The notes beneath the pieces were generated by a model. The model searched no databases, was not told the origin of the DNA, and saw only the letters and a list, made by a program, of their open reading frames with translations. From Candidatus Omnitrophota bacterium (lineage in GTDB: Bacteria; Omnitrophota; Gorgyraeia; JABMRN01; RBG-13-46-9): DNA of 40,028 bases. The translations under genes were made by a program, and so were the position numbers. The DNA is taken from the NCBI GenBank assembly GCA_030605095.1, contig JAUWBJ010000004.1:1-40028 (forward strand), written 5' to 3'. This document shows positions 18,022-27,724 of this stretch, piece after piece (the stretch's first letter is position 1; each line of letters opens with the position of its first letter).

Positions 18022-18130
18022 CCCCGCCCTTCCTAATTATTATATTGTTATGATAGATTTTTTATTAATAGAAAGAAGTTTGTTAAAAATGAAGAAAAAA
18101 ATAAAAAGTAAAAGAAAAGGAAGGGCGGGG
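18022..18130. mobile_element. 109-bp MITE-like element with 13-bp terminal inverted repeats and TGAA target-site duplication
   Basis: CCCCGCCCTTCCT (18022-18034) / AGGAAGGGCGGGG (18118-18130), AT-rich interior, flanked by TGAA at 18018-18021 and 18131-18134. Confidence 0.75.
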
Positions 18131-19119
18131 TGAAGCAGAAAATTGCGGTTCTTGGAGATGGCGGATGGGGAACCACGGTAGCCATTCTTCTATCTAATAA
18201 AGGGTATGATGTTACTCTGTGGGGGGTATTTCCCGATTATATCGCTCTTTTACAGAAAGAGAGGGTCAATAACAAGTTTCTTCCCGGGATAAAGATACCC
18301 GAGGCAGTCTATTTGACATCGGATATAAACCGGATATCACAGGATGCTACTTTCGTAATTGCTATACCATCTAAATACTTACGCGAAACTATCTCCTGCT
18401 TTAAAGGCAAGGTTGGCGAAAAAATCATTTCTCTTACGAAAGGCATAGAGACAAAGACGCTAAAAAGGCCGTCTGAAGTTATATCAGAGGTTTTGGGAAA
18501 CTCAAAAATAAGCGTTCTTTCGGGTCCGAGCATATCGTTCGAGGTGGCCAGGAATCTCCCAACCACGCTTGTGGCGGCTTCCGATGACCGGGCTCTTGCT
18601 AAAGAGATGCAGGGCATTTTCACCACGCCGAATTTTAGAGTTTATACATCAAGCGATTTAATCGGCGTCGAATTGGGAGGCGCTTTAAAAAACATTATAG
18701 CTATTGCGGCGGGTATCTCCGATGGCATGGGTTTTGGCGTAAATACGAAAGCAGCGCTTTTAACGCGGGGATTGGCGGAAATCATTCGCCTGGGAACGAA
18801 AATGGGCGCCAAAAAGGAGACGTTCTTCGGTTTAAGCGGCTTGGGAGACCTTGCTACAACGTGTATGAGCCCTCATTCAAGAAACCGCCGGCTCGGCGAA
18901 GAAATAGGAAAGGGAAAGAAGCTTAAAGCTCTTTTAAAAGAGACTGAAATGATAATCGAGGGCATAACTACGACGAAATCTACTTATGAGCTGTCTAAAA
19001 AATTTGGCGTGGAGATGCCCATAACGGAAAAGATTTATGAAGTTTTATATACGGGTAAAAACCCAAAAGATGCCGTTAGGGAGTTAATGACGAGAGCCCT
19101 TAAAGCGGAGGGAATATGA
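18130..19119 (+). CDS. gpsA: NAD(P)H-dependent glycerol-3-phosphate dehydrogenase
   Basis: IAVLGDGGWGT Rossmann motif, TKGIE, LSGPS, GGALKNIIAIAAG, GLSGLGDL..TC.S..SRN; GTG start. Confidence 0.97.
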   Translation: MKQKIAVLGDGGWGTTVAILLSNKGYDVTLWGVFPDYIALLQKERVNNKFLPGIKIPEAVYLTSDINRISQDATFVIAIPSKYLRETISCFKGKVGEKIISLTKGIETKTLKRPSEVISEVLGNSKISVLSGPSISFEVARNLPTTLVAASDDRALAKEMQGIFTTPNFRVYTSSDLIGVELGGALKNIIAIAAGISDGMGFGVNTKAALLTRGLAEIIRLGTKMGAKKETFFGLSGLGDLATTCMSPHSRNRRLGEEIGKGKKLKALLKETEMIIEGITTTKSTYELSKKFGVEMPITEKIYEVLYTGKNPKDAVRELMTRALKAEGI

Positions 19120-20411
19120 AGAGCGTAAACGTTGGAATTATAGGATTTGGCACGGTAGGAAGAGGAGTAGTTAGAACGCTTCTTTCGAAAAAGAAGCTTC
19201 TTAAAGAGAGAAGCGGTTTGTCTATTAATCTGGTTAAAGTCGCTGATAAAAATCTTCGGCAGAGGAAGGGTATGCGCGTGCCCGGGAAACTTCTTACTAA
19301 AGATATCAATTCTGTGCTCAAAGACAGAAATATAGATATTGTGGTTGAGCTTATAGGCGGCATTCACCCTGCCAAAGAGATTATCCTGAAAGCCCTCACT
19401 CTCGGCAAGCACGTTGTTACAGCGAATAAGGCGCTTCTGGCTGAGCACGGCGAAAAAATATTTACGGTTGCCTCACGCTTCAGAACCTTGTTAGGTTTTG
19501 AAGCCAGCGTAGGCGGGGGAATTCCGATAGTCAACGTTCTTAGAAAAAGCTTAATAGCCAACGATATAGAGGTGGTATACGGTATACTTAACGGTACTTC
19601 AAATTTCATTCTCAGTAAGATGTCTGACGAAGGTTACACCTTCCGCCAGGCGCTTGATGACGCTAAGGCCAGGGGTATAGCTGAGAGAAATCCTAAATTA
19701 GACATAAGCGGAGTGGATTCGTGCCACAAGATTGCCATATTGGCGCGGTTGGGATTCGGGCTCAGCATCAAACCCAAGGATATACATACCGAGGGTATTG
19801 AGGGATTGGATCCGGCGGATATACAATACGCCGGAAGTTGGGGGTATGCAATAAAACTTCTGGCTATAGCCAGAAAAAGCGGCCAGAAACTCGACGTAAG
19901 GGTGCACCCTTCGTTGATTTCCTTAAAGAATATTCTCGCGAGCGTAAAATACGAGGATAACGCTATATTCATAAGAGGCGATATGGTAGGGGGCTCGCTT
20001 TTATACGGGAAGGGCGCGGGGAGCCTTCCCGCCGCGAGTTCTGTAGTAAGTGACATTATGGAAATAGCGAAGAGTATCGGCGAGTTCAAAAAAGCGAAAG
20101 ATTTTTTTAGATTCCAGTTTGATACAGGCGTCAAGAAAGCCCGCGAAATCAGCGAACTTTTTACGAGGTATTATCTGAGATTTTCCGCGATTGATAAGCC
20201 GGGTGTCCTGGCAGGGATATCAGATATTTTGGCAAAGAACAAAATCAGCATAGCAACTGTTACTCAGAAGGAAAAAAAGGCAGGCCAGCCCGTGCCGATA
20301 GTCATGCTGACACATAAGGCGAATGAAGGAAAGTTAAATAAGGCGTTAGAAAGAATCGACAAGCTGAATTTTATAACTAAGAAAACCGTGAAACTAAGGA
20401 TAGTGCGATGA
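19116..20411 (+). CDS. hom: Homoserine dehydrogenase with C-terminal ACT domain
   Basis: GIIGFGTVG, HVVTANKAL, FEASVGGGIP, GILNGTSNFIL, GKGAG..PAAS, ACT YYLRF..DKPGVLA. Confidence 0.97.
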   Translation: MKSVNVGIIGFGTVGRGVVRTLLSKKKLLKERSGLSINLVKVADKNLRQRKGMRVPGKLLTKDINSVLKDRNIDIVVELIGGIHPAKEIILKALTLGKHVVTANKALLAEHGEKIFTVASRFRTLLGFEASVGGGIPIVNVLRKSLIANDIEVVYGILNGTSNFILSKMSDEGYTFRQALDDAKARGIAERNPKLDISGVDSCHKIAILARLGFGLSIKPKDIHTEGIEGLDPADIQYAGSWGYAIKLLAIARKSGQKLDVRVHPSLISLKNILASVKYEDNAIFIRGDMVGGSLLYGKGAGSLPAASSVVSDIMEIAKSIGEFKKAKDFFRFQFDTGVKKAREISELFTRYYLRFSAIDKPGVLAGISDILAKNKISIATVTQKEKKAGQPVPIVMLTHKANEGKLNKALERIDKLNFITKKTVKLRIVR

Positions 20412-21514
20412 AGGGCGTAATAGAGCATTACAAGCAATATCTACCGGTAACCGACAAGACGCCGGTAATCTCCTTGAACGAAGGCAATACCCCTCTTATC
20501 AGGGCTAGATACATTGAAAGTTTGGTTGGAGGGGATGTAGAGGTTTACCTGAAATACGAAGGCCTTAATCCGACCGGTTCTTTCAAGGATAGGGGCATGA
20601 CCCTTGCTCTTTCAAAAGCCGTTGAAGCCGGCTCTAAAGCTGTGATATGCGCTTCTACGGGAAATACCTCTGCCTCTGCCGCAGCGTATGCGGCTCGGGC
20701 GAAGATAAAATGTATCGTTCTAATACCGGAAGGCGGAATTGCGCTTGGTAAACTCGCGCAAGCACTTATTCATGGCGCCGAGGTTTTAGCAGTAAAAGGC
20801 AATTTTGACGACTGTTTAAATCTGGTAAAAGAAATTACCCGGAAGCACCCCATTACTTTAGTCAATTCCCTGAATCCTGATAGAATTGAAGGGCAAAAAA
20901 CCGGCGCTTTTGAAATCTGCGACTCCCTGGGAGGCGCGCCGGATTACCACGCGATTCCGGTAGGGAATGCCGGAAATATAGTTGCCTATTGGAAGGGCTA
21001 TAAGGAGTATAAAGAAATCGGTAAAATAGATAGTTTGCCTAAGATGATTGGATTTCAGGCGGAGGGCGCCGCGCCTATAGTAAAGGGGCATATCGTAAAG
21101 AATCCCAGAACGATAGCGACGGCTATAAAAATCGGAAATCCCGCCAGCTGGAAAAAAGCAGAAGTTGCCCGAGACGAGTCAGGCGGTTTAATAGAAGCAG
21201 TTACCGATGCCGAGATTCTAAACGCGTATAAATTGCTTGCTTCGAAAGAAGGCATATTCGTGGAACCTGCTTCAGCAGCGAGTGTTGCGGGCGTATTGAA
21301 GAAAGCGAAGGAAGGATACTTTAGAAGCGAAAAGCGCAAAGCGACCGAAGGGAGTCCCGAGCGAAGTCGAAGGGCAAAAAGCGAAAAGATTAGGATTGCC
21401 TGCATTTTGACAGGCCATGGCTTAAAGGACCCGGATAGAGCAATAGCGAGTATTAAAAAGCCAAAGGTAGTCGCCGCGAAGCTGAATGCGGTTTTGAAAG
21501 AAATTGGATTTTGA
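20408..21514 (+). CDS. thrC: Threonine synthase
   Basis: EGNTPL, KYEGLNPTGSFKDRG (PLP lysine), CASTGNTSAS, PVGNAGN, LTGHGLKD. Confidence 0.97.
   Translation: MKGVIEHYKQYLPVTDKTPVISLNEGNTPLIRARYIESLVGGDVEVYLKYEGLNPTGSFKDRGMTLALSKAVEAGSKAVICASTGNTSASAAAYAARAKIKCIVLIPEGGIALGKLAQALIHGAEVLAVKGNFDDCLNLVKEITRKHPITLVNSLNPDRIEGQKTGAFEICDSLGGAPDYHAIPVGNAGNIVAYWKGYKEYKEIGKIDSLPKMIGFQAEGAAPIVKGHIVKNPRTIATAIKIGNPASWKKAEVARDESGGLIEAVTDAEILNAYKLLASKEGIFVEPASAASVAGVLKKAKEGYFRSEKRKATEGSPERSRRAKSEKIRIACILTGHGLKDPDRAIASIKKPKVVAAKLNAVLKEIGF
21325..21388 (+). repeat. In-frame repeat insertion in thrC (AAGCGNN heptamers plus REP-like CCCGAGCGAAGTCGAAGGG)
   Basis: AAGCGAA-AAGCGCA-AAGCGAC...AAGCGAAAAG; encodes SEKRKATEGSPERSRRAKSEK before the terminal beta strand. 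Confidence 0.7.
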
Positions 21515-21518
21515 ATAA

Positions 21519-21593
21519 CGGGGCGTGGCGCAGTTTGGCAAGCGCGCTTGCTTGGGGTGCAAGAGGTCCGCGGTTCGAATCCGCGCGCCCCGA
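21519..21593 (+). tRNA. tRNA-Pro(GGG)
   Basis: Acceptor CGGGGCG/CGCCCCG-A, D stem GCGC/GCGC, anticodon arm CTTGC-TTGGGGT-GCAAG, T arm CGCGG-TTCGAAT-CCGCG; CCA not encoded. Confidence 0.95.
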
Positions 21594-21602
21594 CTTTAGT
21601 AC

Positions 21603-21939
21603 TGATTTGGTTCCTGCCGAAACAAGTGTGGAAAAGAGCTTTTTTCGGCAGGAACCTCAGCCTTCGGCTGAGGCTGACGCCAAATCATTTCAAGGGGAAA
21701 CCTTAGGTTTCCCCTATGACGGCTGCCTTCGGCAGCCTGTATCCCTTCCTAATAGGAAGGGGAATAAACAATACTGTTCTTGAATGGAACCTAAGGTTCC
21801 CCCTATGGCGGTATTGACATTTTCAATGTTAATACCTGTTACCCCCCCCTCCTAATAGGAAGGGGAGTAGACAATACTGTTCTTGAATGAATTTGGTCTC
21901 GGAGAAAAAAGTAATGAATTCGGCCTCGGAGAAAAAAGT
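21603..21939. repeat. Cluster of hairpins and tandem duplications downstream of tRNA-Pro
   Basis: 14-bp stem 21609-21622/21643-21656; 40-bp direct repeat 21747-21786 vs 21850-21889 (2 mismatches); 27-bp tandem repeat 21886-21912/21913-21939. Confidence 0.8.
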
Positions 21940-21959
21940 GTGGAAGTATAGGAGATAGC

Positions 21960-23177
21960 ATGAAATACATAATGTTGGTTGGAGATGGAATGAGCGGAAG
22001 GCCGCTGGATGAATTGAACGGCCGGACCACCTTAGAGGTTGCCGAAAGGCGATATATGGACGAAATCACCAAAAGAGGAAAACTCGGTATCGCCACAACT
22101 ATACCTAAAGGCATGACACCCGCAAGCGACGTAGCCAATCTCTCGCTCCTCGGATACAATCCTAAGAAATACTATTCCGGAAGAGGGCCTCTGGAAGCCG
22201 TAAATATTGGCGTAGATTTGAGTGATACGGATGTTGCGTTCAGATGCAACCTGGTAACTCACGCAAGAGACGAGATGATTGATTACAGCGCAGGCCACAT
22301 AAGCAGTAAAGAAGCCAGGGTTCTTATAGAGAAGATAGACCTCTCCCTCGGCAATGAAAAAATAAAATTCTATCCCGGTGTAAGTTATAGGCATCTTATG
22401 GTGCTCCGGGCAGGCTCGGAAGAAGAAGCCATTAAAATTTCCGGAATAAAGTGTATGCCACCACATGATATTTTGAATAAAAGCATATTAAAGAACTTAC
22501 CGCAAGGCGAAGGGAAAGAGATTTTGACAGAACTTATGAATAAGTCAGAGAAAATTCTCGCGCACCACGACATTAACAAGGTAAGAATTGACCTCGGCGA
22601 AAATCCCGCTAACATGATCTGGTTATGGGGCCAGGGCGTTATGCCGGTTATGCCTTTATTTAAAGAACTCTATGGCGTGACAGGCTCTATAATTTCAGCG
22701 GTGGACCTCATTAAAGGTATAGGTAAAATAATGGGCCTGGAGGTAATAAACGTGCCGGGAGCCACCGGTTTCTACGATACGAATTTTAAGGGAAAAGGGG
22801 AATACGCGCTTAAGTCGCTGGAAGATAAGGATTTTGTTTTTGTGCACGTTGAAGCCGCCGATGAAGCCGGACATAATGCCGACATAAGGGCAAAAATAAC
22901 CGCTATCGAGAATTTTGACAAGTTTGTTGTCGGAACAATCTGGGAAGAGTACAAAGCGAAGAAGGACTTCAGGATAATGGTTTTACCGGACCATTCTACG
23001 CCCATATCCGTGAGGACGCATACGACCGATCCCGTGCCTTTTGTGATTTGCGGAGATGGGGTCGAGGCCGACGGGGCCTCTGTTTTTACCGAAACCGCGG
23101 CAAGGGGGAGTAATTTTGTTTTTAAAGAAGGGCACTCCTTGATGAAATATTTGATACAGCGAGGACCAAAAGCATAA
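21960..23177 (+). CDS. apgM: Cofactor-independent phosphoglycerate mutase family protein (ApgM type; proposed homoserine kinase subfamily)
   Basis: VGDGM, SDVANLS..GY.P..YYSGRGPLEA, AFRCNL, HVEAADEAGH, PDHSTP..RTH..DPVP. Confidence 0.88.
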   Translation: MKYIMLVGDGMSGRPLDELNGRTTLEVAERRYMDEITKRGKLGIATTIPKGMTPASDVANLSLLGYNPKKYYSGRGPLEAVNIGVDLSDTDVAFRCNLVTHARDEMIDYSAGHISSKEARVLIEKIDLSLGNEKIKFYPGVSYRHLMVLRAGSEEEAIKISGIKCMPPHDILNKSILKNLPQGEGKEILTELMNKSEKILAHHDINKVRIDLGENPANMIWLWGQGVMPVMPLFKELYGVTGSIISAVDLIKGIGKIMGLEVINVPGATGFYDTNFKGKGEYALKSLEDKDFVFVHVEAADEAGHNADIRAKITAIENFDKFVVGTIWEEYKAKKDFRIMVLPDHSTPISVRTHTTDPVPFVICGDGVEADGASVFTETAARGSNFVFKEGHSLMKYLIQRGPKA

Positions 23178-23190
23178 ATTTTATAAAAAT

Positions 23191-24816
23191 ATGAATTCTA
23201 TAATTGTAGTTATAGCGAGCGGCGTATTATTTCTCTTCGGATATACGATTTACAGCAAAATAATAGAGAGATTCCTTAAGATAGACCCTAAAAGGAAAAC
23301 ACCCGCTTACAGAAAATATGACGGCGTAGATTATGTCCCGGCAAAACACTGGTCGATTCTTTTCGGGCACCACTTTGCTTCTATAGCGGGGGCTGCCCCT
23401 ATTATAGGGCCAATCTTAGCGGTTTCTATCTGGGGCTGGATGCCCGCGCTTTTGTGGGTTGTGCTGGGAACTATCTTTATAGGCGGAATCCACGATTATT
23501 CTTCTCTTATTATATCCGTGAAGCACAACGGCACTTCCATAGCCGATGTCGCTAAAGACGCGATTTCAAAAAATGCGAAGATTGTTTTTTTAATCTTCTT
23601 ATGGCTTACGCTTATACTTATAATATCGGTTTTTGTCCATATATGCGCCAAAACATTTGTTGTGAAGGCGGAGATAGTAATACCGTCGCTGGGCCTCATC
23701 CCTATCGCCGTTTTAGTGGGATTTCTTTTATACAATTTAAAATTTCGTCAATCGACGGTTACCATCTTAGGATTGGCGCTTATGGCCGGTTCGATATTTT
23801 TAGGCAGGTACTACCCGATTGTTTTAGGCGAACATGCTTTACAGATTTGGAGCGTAGTTTTGCTTATCTATGCTTTTTTTGCAAGCGTTACGCCTGTTAA
23901 TATACTCCTGCAGCCGAGGGATTATCTTGCGAGTTTTCTCTTACTCTTTGGTATAGCATTTGGATACTTAGGGATTTTATTGACGCGGCCCGATATACAT
24001 TTTCCGGCGTTTATGGGATGGTCCGGCATTCGCAATAATCTCGGGCTGTGGCCTATTCTTTTCGTTACGGTCGCATGCGGAGCCATAAGCGGGTTTCATT
24101 CCGTGGTTGCGAGTGGAACCACCTCCAAGCAGCTTGCCAGCGAGAAGGACGCGAGAAGAATAGGTTACGGAGGGATGCTCGCGGAAGGAATTTTAGCTGT
24201 TATGGCTATACTTGTTATCGCCGTGGCTTTTAAAGATAAGAATGTTTTGCAGGATATGGTGAATAGAGGAGCCGGCCCTATAGGCGCTTTTAGTATAGGA
24301 TATAACGAGGTTACCAAAAGATTCTTGGGTACTTTCGGCGGTGTTTTTGCAATAATGATACTAAACGCTTTTATCCTGACTACCCTCGATACGGCAACAA
24401 GAATCGGTAGATACCTTACTCAGGAACTTTTCAAAATAAAGAATAGATTTGCCGCGACTATTATTGTTGTCGGGCTGGCCGGCTGGTTAGGATTAAGCGG
24501 GGAATGGAATGAAATCTGGCCGATATTCGGCTCCGCAAATCAGCTTGTGGCAGCGCTCACCCTGATTGTCGTGACAAGCTGGCTTCTGTCGAGAAGGAAG
24601 CCCGTTCTCTATACGTTGATTCCTATGTTATTCATGCTGGCGACAGCGACAGGCGCTCTTATCTTGAAGATTTTAGAATATATAAAGACACAAAATGTTC
24701 TACTACTTGGCATTGCTTTTGTTCTTCTCGGTTTGGCCGGGTTTATTCTTTTCGAAGCCATTTTGGCCATTAGAAGGATATTCAGGGCAAAAAGGAATGC
24801 GTTGGGAATAAAGTAA
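23191..24816 (+). CDS. cstA: Carbon starvation protein A family transporter
   Basis: DGVDYVP, FGHHFASIAGAAPIIGP, LLQPRDY, ACGAISGFHS, SGTTSKQL, TTLDTATR; many TM helices. Confidence 0.93.
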   Translation: MNSIIVVIASGVLFLFGYTIYSKIIERFLKIDPKRKTPAYRKYDGVDYVPAKHWSILFGHHFASIAGAAPIIGPILAVSIWGWMPALLWVVLGTIFIGGIHDYSSLIISVKHNGTSIADVAKDAISKNAKIVFLIFLWLTLILIISVFVHICAKTFVVKAEIVIPSLGLIPIAVLVGFLLYNLKFRQSTVTILGLALMAGSIFLGRYYPIVLGEHALQIWSVVLLIYAFFASVTPVNILLQPRDYLASFLLLFGIAFGYLGILLTRPDIHFPAFMGWSGIRNNLGLWPILFVTVACGAISGFHSVVASGTTSKQLASEKDARRIGYGGMLAEGILAVMAILVIAVAFKDKNVLQDMVNRGAGPIGAFSIGYNEVTKRFLGTFGGVFAIMILNAFILTTLDTATRIGRYLTQELFKIKNRFAATIIVVGLAGWLGLSGEWNEIWPIFGSANQLVAALTLIVVTSWLLSRRKPVLYTLIPMLFMLATATGALILKILEYIKTQNVLLLGIAFVLLGLAGFILFEAILAIRRIFRAKRNALGIK

Positions 24817-24817
24817 G

Positions 24818-24838
24818 CCTGCCTGCCGGCAGGCACGG
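24818..24838. repeat. REP-like palindrome CCTGCCTGCCGGCAGGCA(C)GG
   Basis: Perfect 16-bp palindrome TGCCTGCCGGCAGGCA (24820-24835) just after the cstA stop. Confidence 0.65.
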
Positions 24839-24860
24839 ATTAAGAATTAAGGATTAAATT

Positions 24861-26081
24861 ATGGCAAGAAGGTTAATTGTTCAAAAATACGGCGGAACGA
24901 GCGTTGGAAACGTCGATAAAATCATCAATGTCGCAAAGCGAATCGTCTCCTATAAAAAGAGGGGTTACGAGATTGTTGTCGTTGTGAGCGCTCTCGGGGA
25001 CACGACCGATGAGCTCTTAAGCCTTGCTTCGGGAATAACCAGGGCACCTTCGGAGAGAGAGCTCGATATGCTTATTTCGACAGGTGAACAGGTTTCTGTG
25101 GCGCTACTTGCAATGGCGGTGCACAGGTTAGGGGTGGAAGCTATTTCGTTCACCGGCGCGCAAGTCGGTATAGTAACCGATAGTTCTCACACCAAGGCCC
25201 GAATCATCGGTGTCAATGCCAGGAGGATTCGCGAGGAGTTGCACAAGGGAAAGATTGTTATCGTTGCCGGTTTCCAGGGCGCGAATGTTGACCAGGAAAT
25301 CACAACCCTCGGCCGCGGCGGTTCGGATATAACGGCTGTAGCGCTTGCAAAAGTGCTTAAGGCAGAAATGTGCGAAATATATACGGATGTAGACGGCATA
25401 TATACGGCAGACCCGCGCATAGTAAAAGACGCCAAAAAACTCGACAGAATAAGCTATGAGGAAATGCTTGAACTCGCCTCGTTAGGCGCTCAGGTCCTTC
25501 AGGTAAGAAGCGTGGAGGTAGCGAGTAAATTTAATATACCTTTACACGTGAGAAACAGTTTTTCGAATAAAGTCGGTACGCTTATAACCAAGGAGGTTAA
25601 GGCAATGGAAGACGTACTTGTTAGCGGGGTTACTTTAAATAAAGAGGAAGCCAAGGTGACGGTGTGCGATGTCCCTGATAGACCCGGCGTCGCGGCGCGT
25701 ATTTTCGGCGAGATTGCGAAACAAAACATTAACCTCGATATGATTATTCAGAATGTTTCGAGAACAGGATCAACCGACGTTTCCTTCACGGTGATGGCCA
25801 GTGATCTGGGTAAGACATTAAAGTTGATGAAAAAAGTGGTTAAGGCCATCGGAGCAGAGGATGTCATCTTTGATAAGGGCATCGCGAAGGTTTCTGTCGT
25901 GGGTATCGGCATGCGCGGCCATTCAGGCGTTGCCGCTAAAATGTTCAAGGTCCTGGCCAAAAAGAAGATAAATATTGAGATGATTTCTACGAGCGAGATA
26001 AAAATATCCTGTGTTGTAAGGAGAGGAAAAGGCGAAGAGGCAGTGAGGATTCTGCATAAGGCATTCGGCCTTGGAAGGTGA
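24861..26081 (+). CDS. lysC: Aspartate kinase (alpha subunit; probable nested beta subunit from 25605)
   Basis: [42 protein letters not shown], two ACT domains, ISTSEIKIS. Confidence 0.96.
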   Translation: MARRLIVQKYGGTSVGNVDKIINVAKRIVSYKKRGYEIVVVVSALGDTTDELLSLASGITRAPSERELDMLISTGEQVSVALLAMAVHRLGVEAISFTGAQVGIVTDSSHTKARIIGVNARRIREELHKGKIVIVAGFQGANVDQEITTLGRGGSDITAVALAKVLKAEMCEIYTDVDGIYTADPRIVKDAKKLDRISYEEMLELASLGAQVLQVRSVEVASKFNIPLHVRNSFSNKVGTLITKEVKAMEDVLVSGVTLNKEEAKVTVCDVPDRPGVAARIFGEIAKQNINLDMIIQNVSRTGSTDVSFTVMASDLGKTLKLMKKVVKAIGAEDVIFDKGIAKVSVVGIGMRGHSGVAAKMFKVLAKKKINIEMISTSEIKISCVVRRGKGEEAVRILHKAFGLGR

Positions 26082-26086
26082 TAAAA

Positions 26087-27655
26087 ATGAAAGTTGAATT
26101 ATATGATACTACCTTAAGAGACGGTGCCCAGACTCAAGGCATTTCATTTTCTGTGCCGGACAAAATTAGAATTGCCGAAAAGCTCGATAGTTTAGGAATC
26201 CATTATATCGAAGGCGGATGGCCGGGCGCGAATCCGAAAGACGTCGAGTTTTTTAAAAAAGCTAAAAGCCTGAAGCTCAAAAATTCTAAATTGACTGCCT
26301 TCGGAAGCACGAGGAGGGCCGATACGGATGTTTCCAAAGATACTACAATGGAAGGGCTTCTCCGTTCCGAGGTTGGGGTCCTCACTATTTTCGGTAAAAG
26401 CTGGGACCTTCACGTAAAAGAGGTGTTAAAGACGACTCCGGATGAAAACCTGAAGATGATAGAGGAGTCCGTAAATTATCTCAAGTCCAGGGGTAAATTT
26501 ACAATATTTGACGCAGAACATTTCTTCGACGGATACAAAGCAAACCCGGAATACGCCTTAAAGACTATTTTGGCAGCCGAAAGAGGAGGCGCAGATAGAA
26601 TAGTTCTATGTGATACAAACGGCGGGACATTGACATCCAATGTTTTTGAGATTGTGGAAGAGGTAAGGAAAAAGGTAAAAACAGCTTTAGGTATCCACAG
26701 CCACAACGACTCTGAGATGGCAGTTGCGAATACCATAGCCGCCGTGCAGGCGGGTTGTGTCCACGTGCAGGGCACTATAAACGGTTACGGAGAAAGGTGC
26801 GGAAACGCTAATTTAATATCGATTATAAGCAATCTCAAACTGAAACTCGGCATCGATTGTATTTCCGACTTGTCTCTCAAGGAGCTTACGGAAACGGCAT
26901 ACTATGTAGCCGAAATGTGCAATATGAAACTGGATGATAATCAGCCATTTGTCGGTAACAGCGCATTTGCGCATAAGGCGGGCGTGCACGTAAACGCGAT
27001 AATGAAAAACCCAAAGACATATGAACATATGGATCCGGCCAGGGTAGGCAATAGGCGCGTGCTACTCATTTCCGAACTTTCCGGCAAATCGAGCATCTTG
27101 AAAAAAGCCGAGGAAATCGATTTGGAACTTGATAAAGAAGCGCCCCAGACAAAGAAGATTTTGGGAGCCCTTCAGGATTTGGAGCACAAAGGTTATCACT
27201 TCGAAGTAGCAGAGGCCTCTTTAGAGCTTTTTATGAAGAGGGCCATGAAAAAGTTTAAGAGGTTTTTCGAACTCAGCGATTTCCGCGTTATTATCGAAAA
27301 ACGCTCTAAGCGCAAAATTACCTCTCGGGCAACTATCAAGCTTAAGGTTAATAACAAACTTGAACACGCGGCTTCTCTCGGCGATGGGCCTGTTAACGCC
27401 CTGGATAACGCGCTCAGAAAGGCGCTCAAGGATTTCTATCCTTCGTTAAACGAAATGCACCTTACCGATTTCAAGGTAAGGGTTCTGGATGAAAAAGCAG
27501 GCACAGCCGCCAAGGTCAGGGTTCTTATCCAATCCCAGGATAAGACGGATTCCTGGTGGACTATCGGCGTTTCCGAAAACGTTATCGAGGCAAGCTGGCA
27601 AGCGCTTGTGGACTCTGTCGAATATAAACTCTTGAAAGATAGTCAAAAACAGTAA
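26087..27655 (+). CDS. cimA: Citramalate synthase (LeuA/CimA DRE-TIM family)
   Basis: [60 protein letters not shown]-terminal regulatory domain; ATG 26087 preferred over GTG 26078. Confidence 0.88.
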   Translation: MKVELYDTTLRDGAQTQGISFSVPDKIRIAEKLDSLGIHYIEGGWPGANPKDVEFFKKAKSLKLKNSKLTAFGSTRRADTDVSKDTTMEGLLRSEVGVLTIFGKSWDLHVKEVLKTTPDENLKMIEESVNYLKSRGKFTIFDAEHFFDGYKANPEYALKTILAAERGGADRIVLCDTNGGTLTSNVFEIVEEVRKKVKTALGIHSHNDSEMAVANTIAAVQAGCVHVQGTINGYGERCGNANLISIISNLKLKLGIDCISDLSLKELTETAYYVAEMCNMKLDDNQPFVGNSAFAHKAGVHVNAIMKNPKTYEHMDPARVGNRRVLLISELSGKSSILKKAEEIDLELDKEAPQTKKILGALQDLEHKGYHFEVAEASLELFMKRAMKKFKRFFELSDFRVIIEKRSKRKITSRATIKLKVNNKLEHAASLGDGPVNALDNALRKALKDFYPSLNEMHLTDFKVRVLDEKAGTAAKVRVLIQSQDKTDSWWTIGVSENVIEASWQALVDSVEYKLLKDSQKQ

Positions 27656-27656
27656 C

Positions 27657-27700
27657 GAGGTTTTCCCGCGAAGCGGGACCCCGCAAGGCGGGGAAACCTC
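27657..27700. repeat. Branched palindromic element (two GC hairpins inside an outer stem)
   Basis: GAGGTTT ... CCCGC-GAA-GCGGG ... CCCCGC-AAG-GCGGGG ... AAACCTC. Confidence 0.7.
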
Positions 27701-27724
27701 CACTACTGTTTTTAGCGTAGTCAT

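Noticed and set aside
21511-21783. 90-aa ORF after thrC
   Set aside because: It overlaps tRNA-Pro and the palindromic repeats; a spurious translation.
21694-21939. Possible CRISPR array
   Set aside because: Only two copies of each repeat, the intervening sequences are related to each other, and there are no cas genes.
21519-21960. Integrated element at tRNA-Pro
   Set aside because: No integrase, and no duplicated tRNA 3' end was seen in the window.
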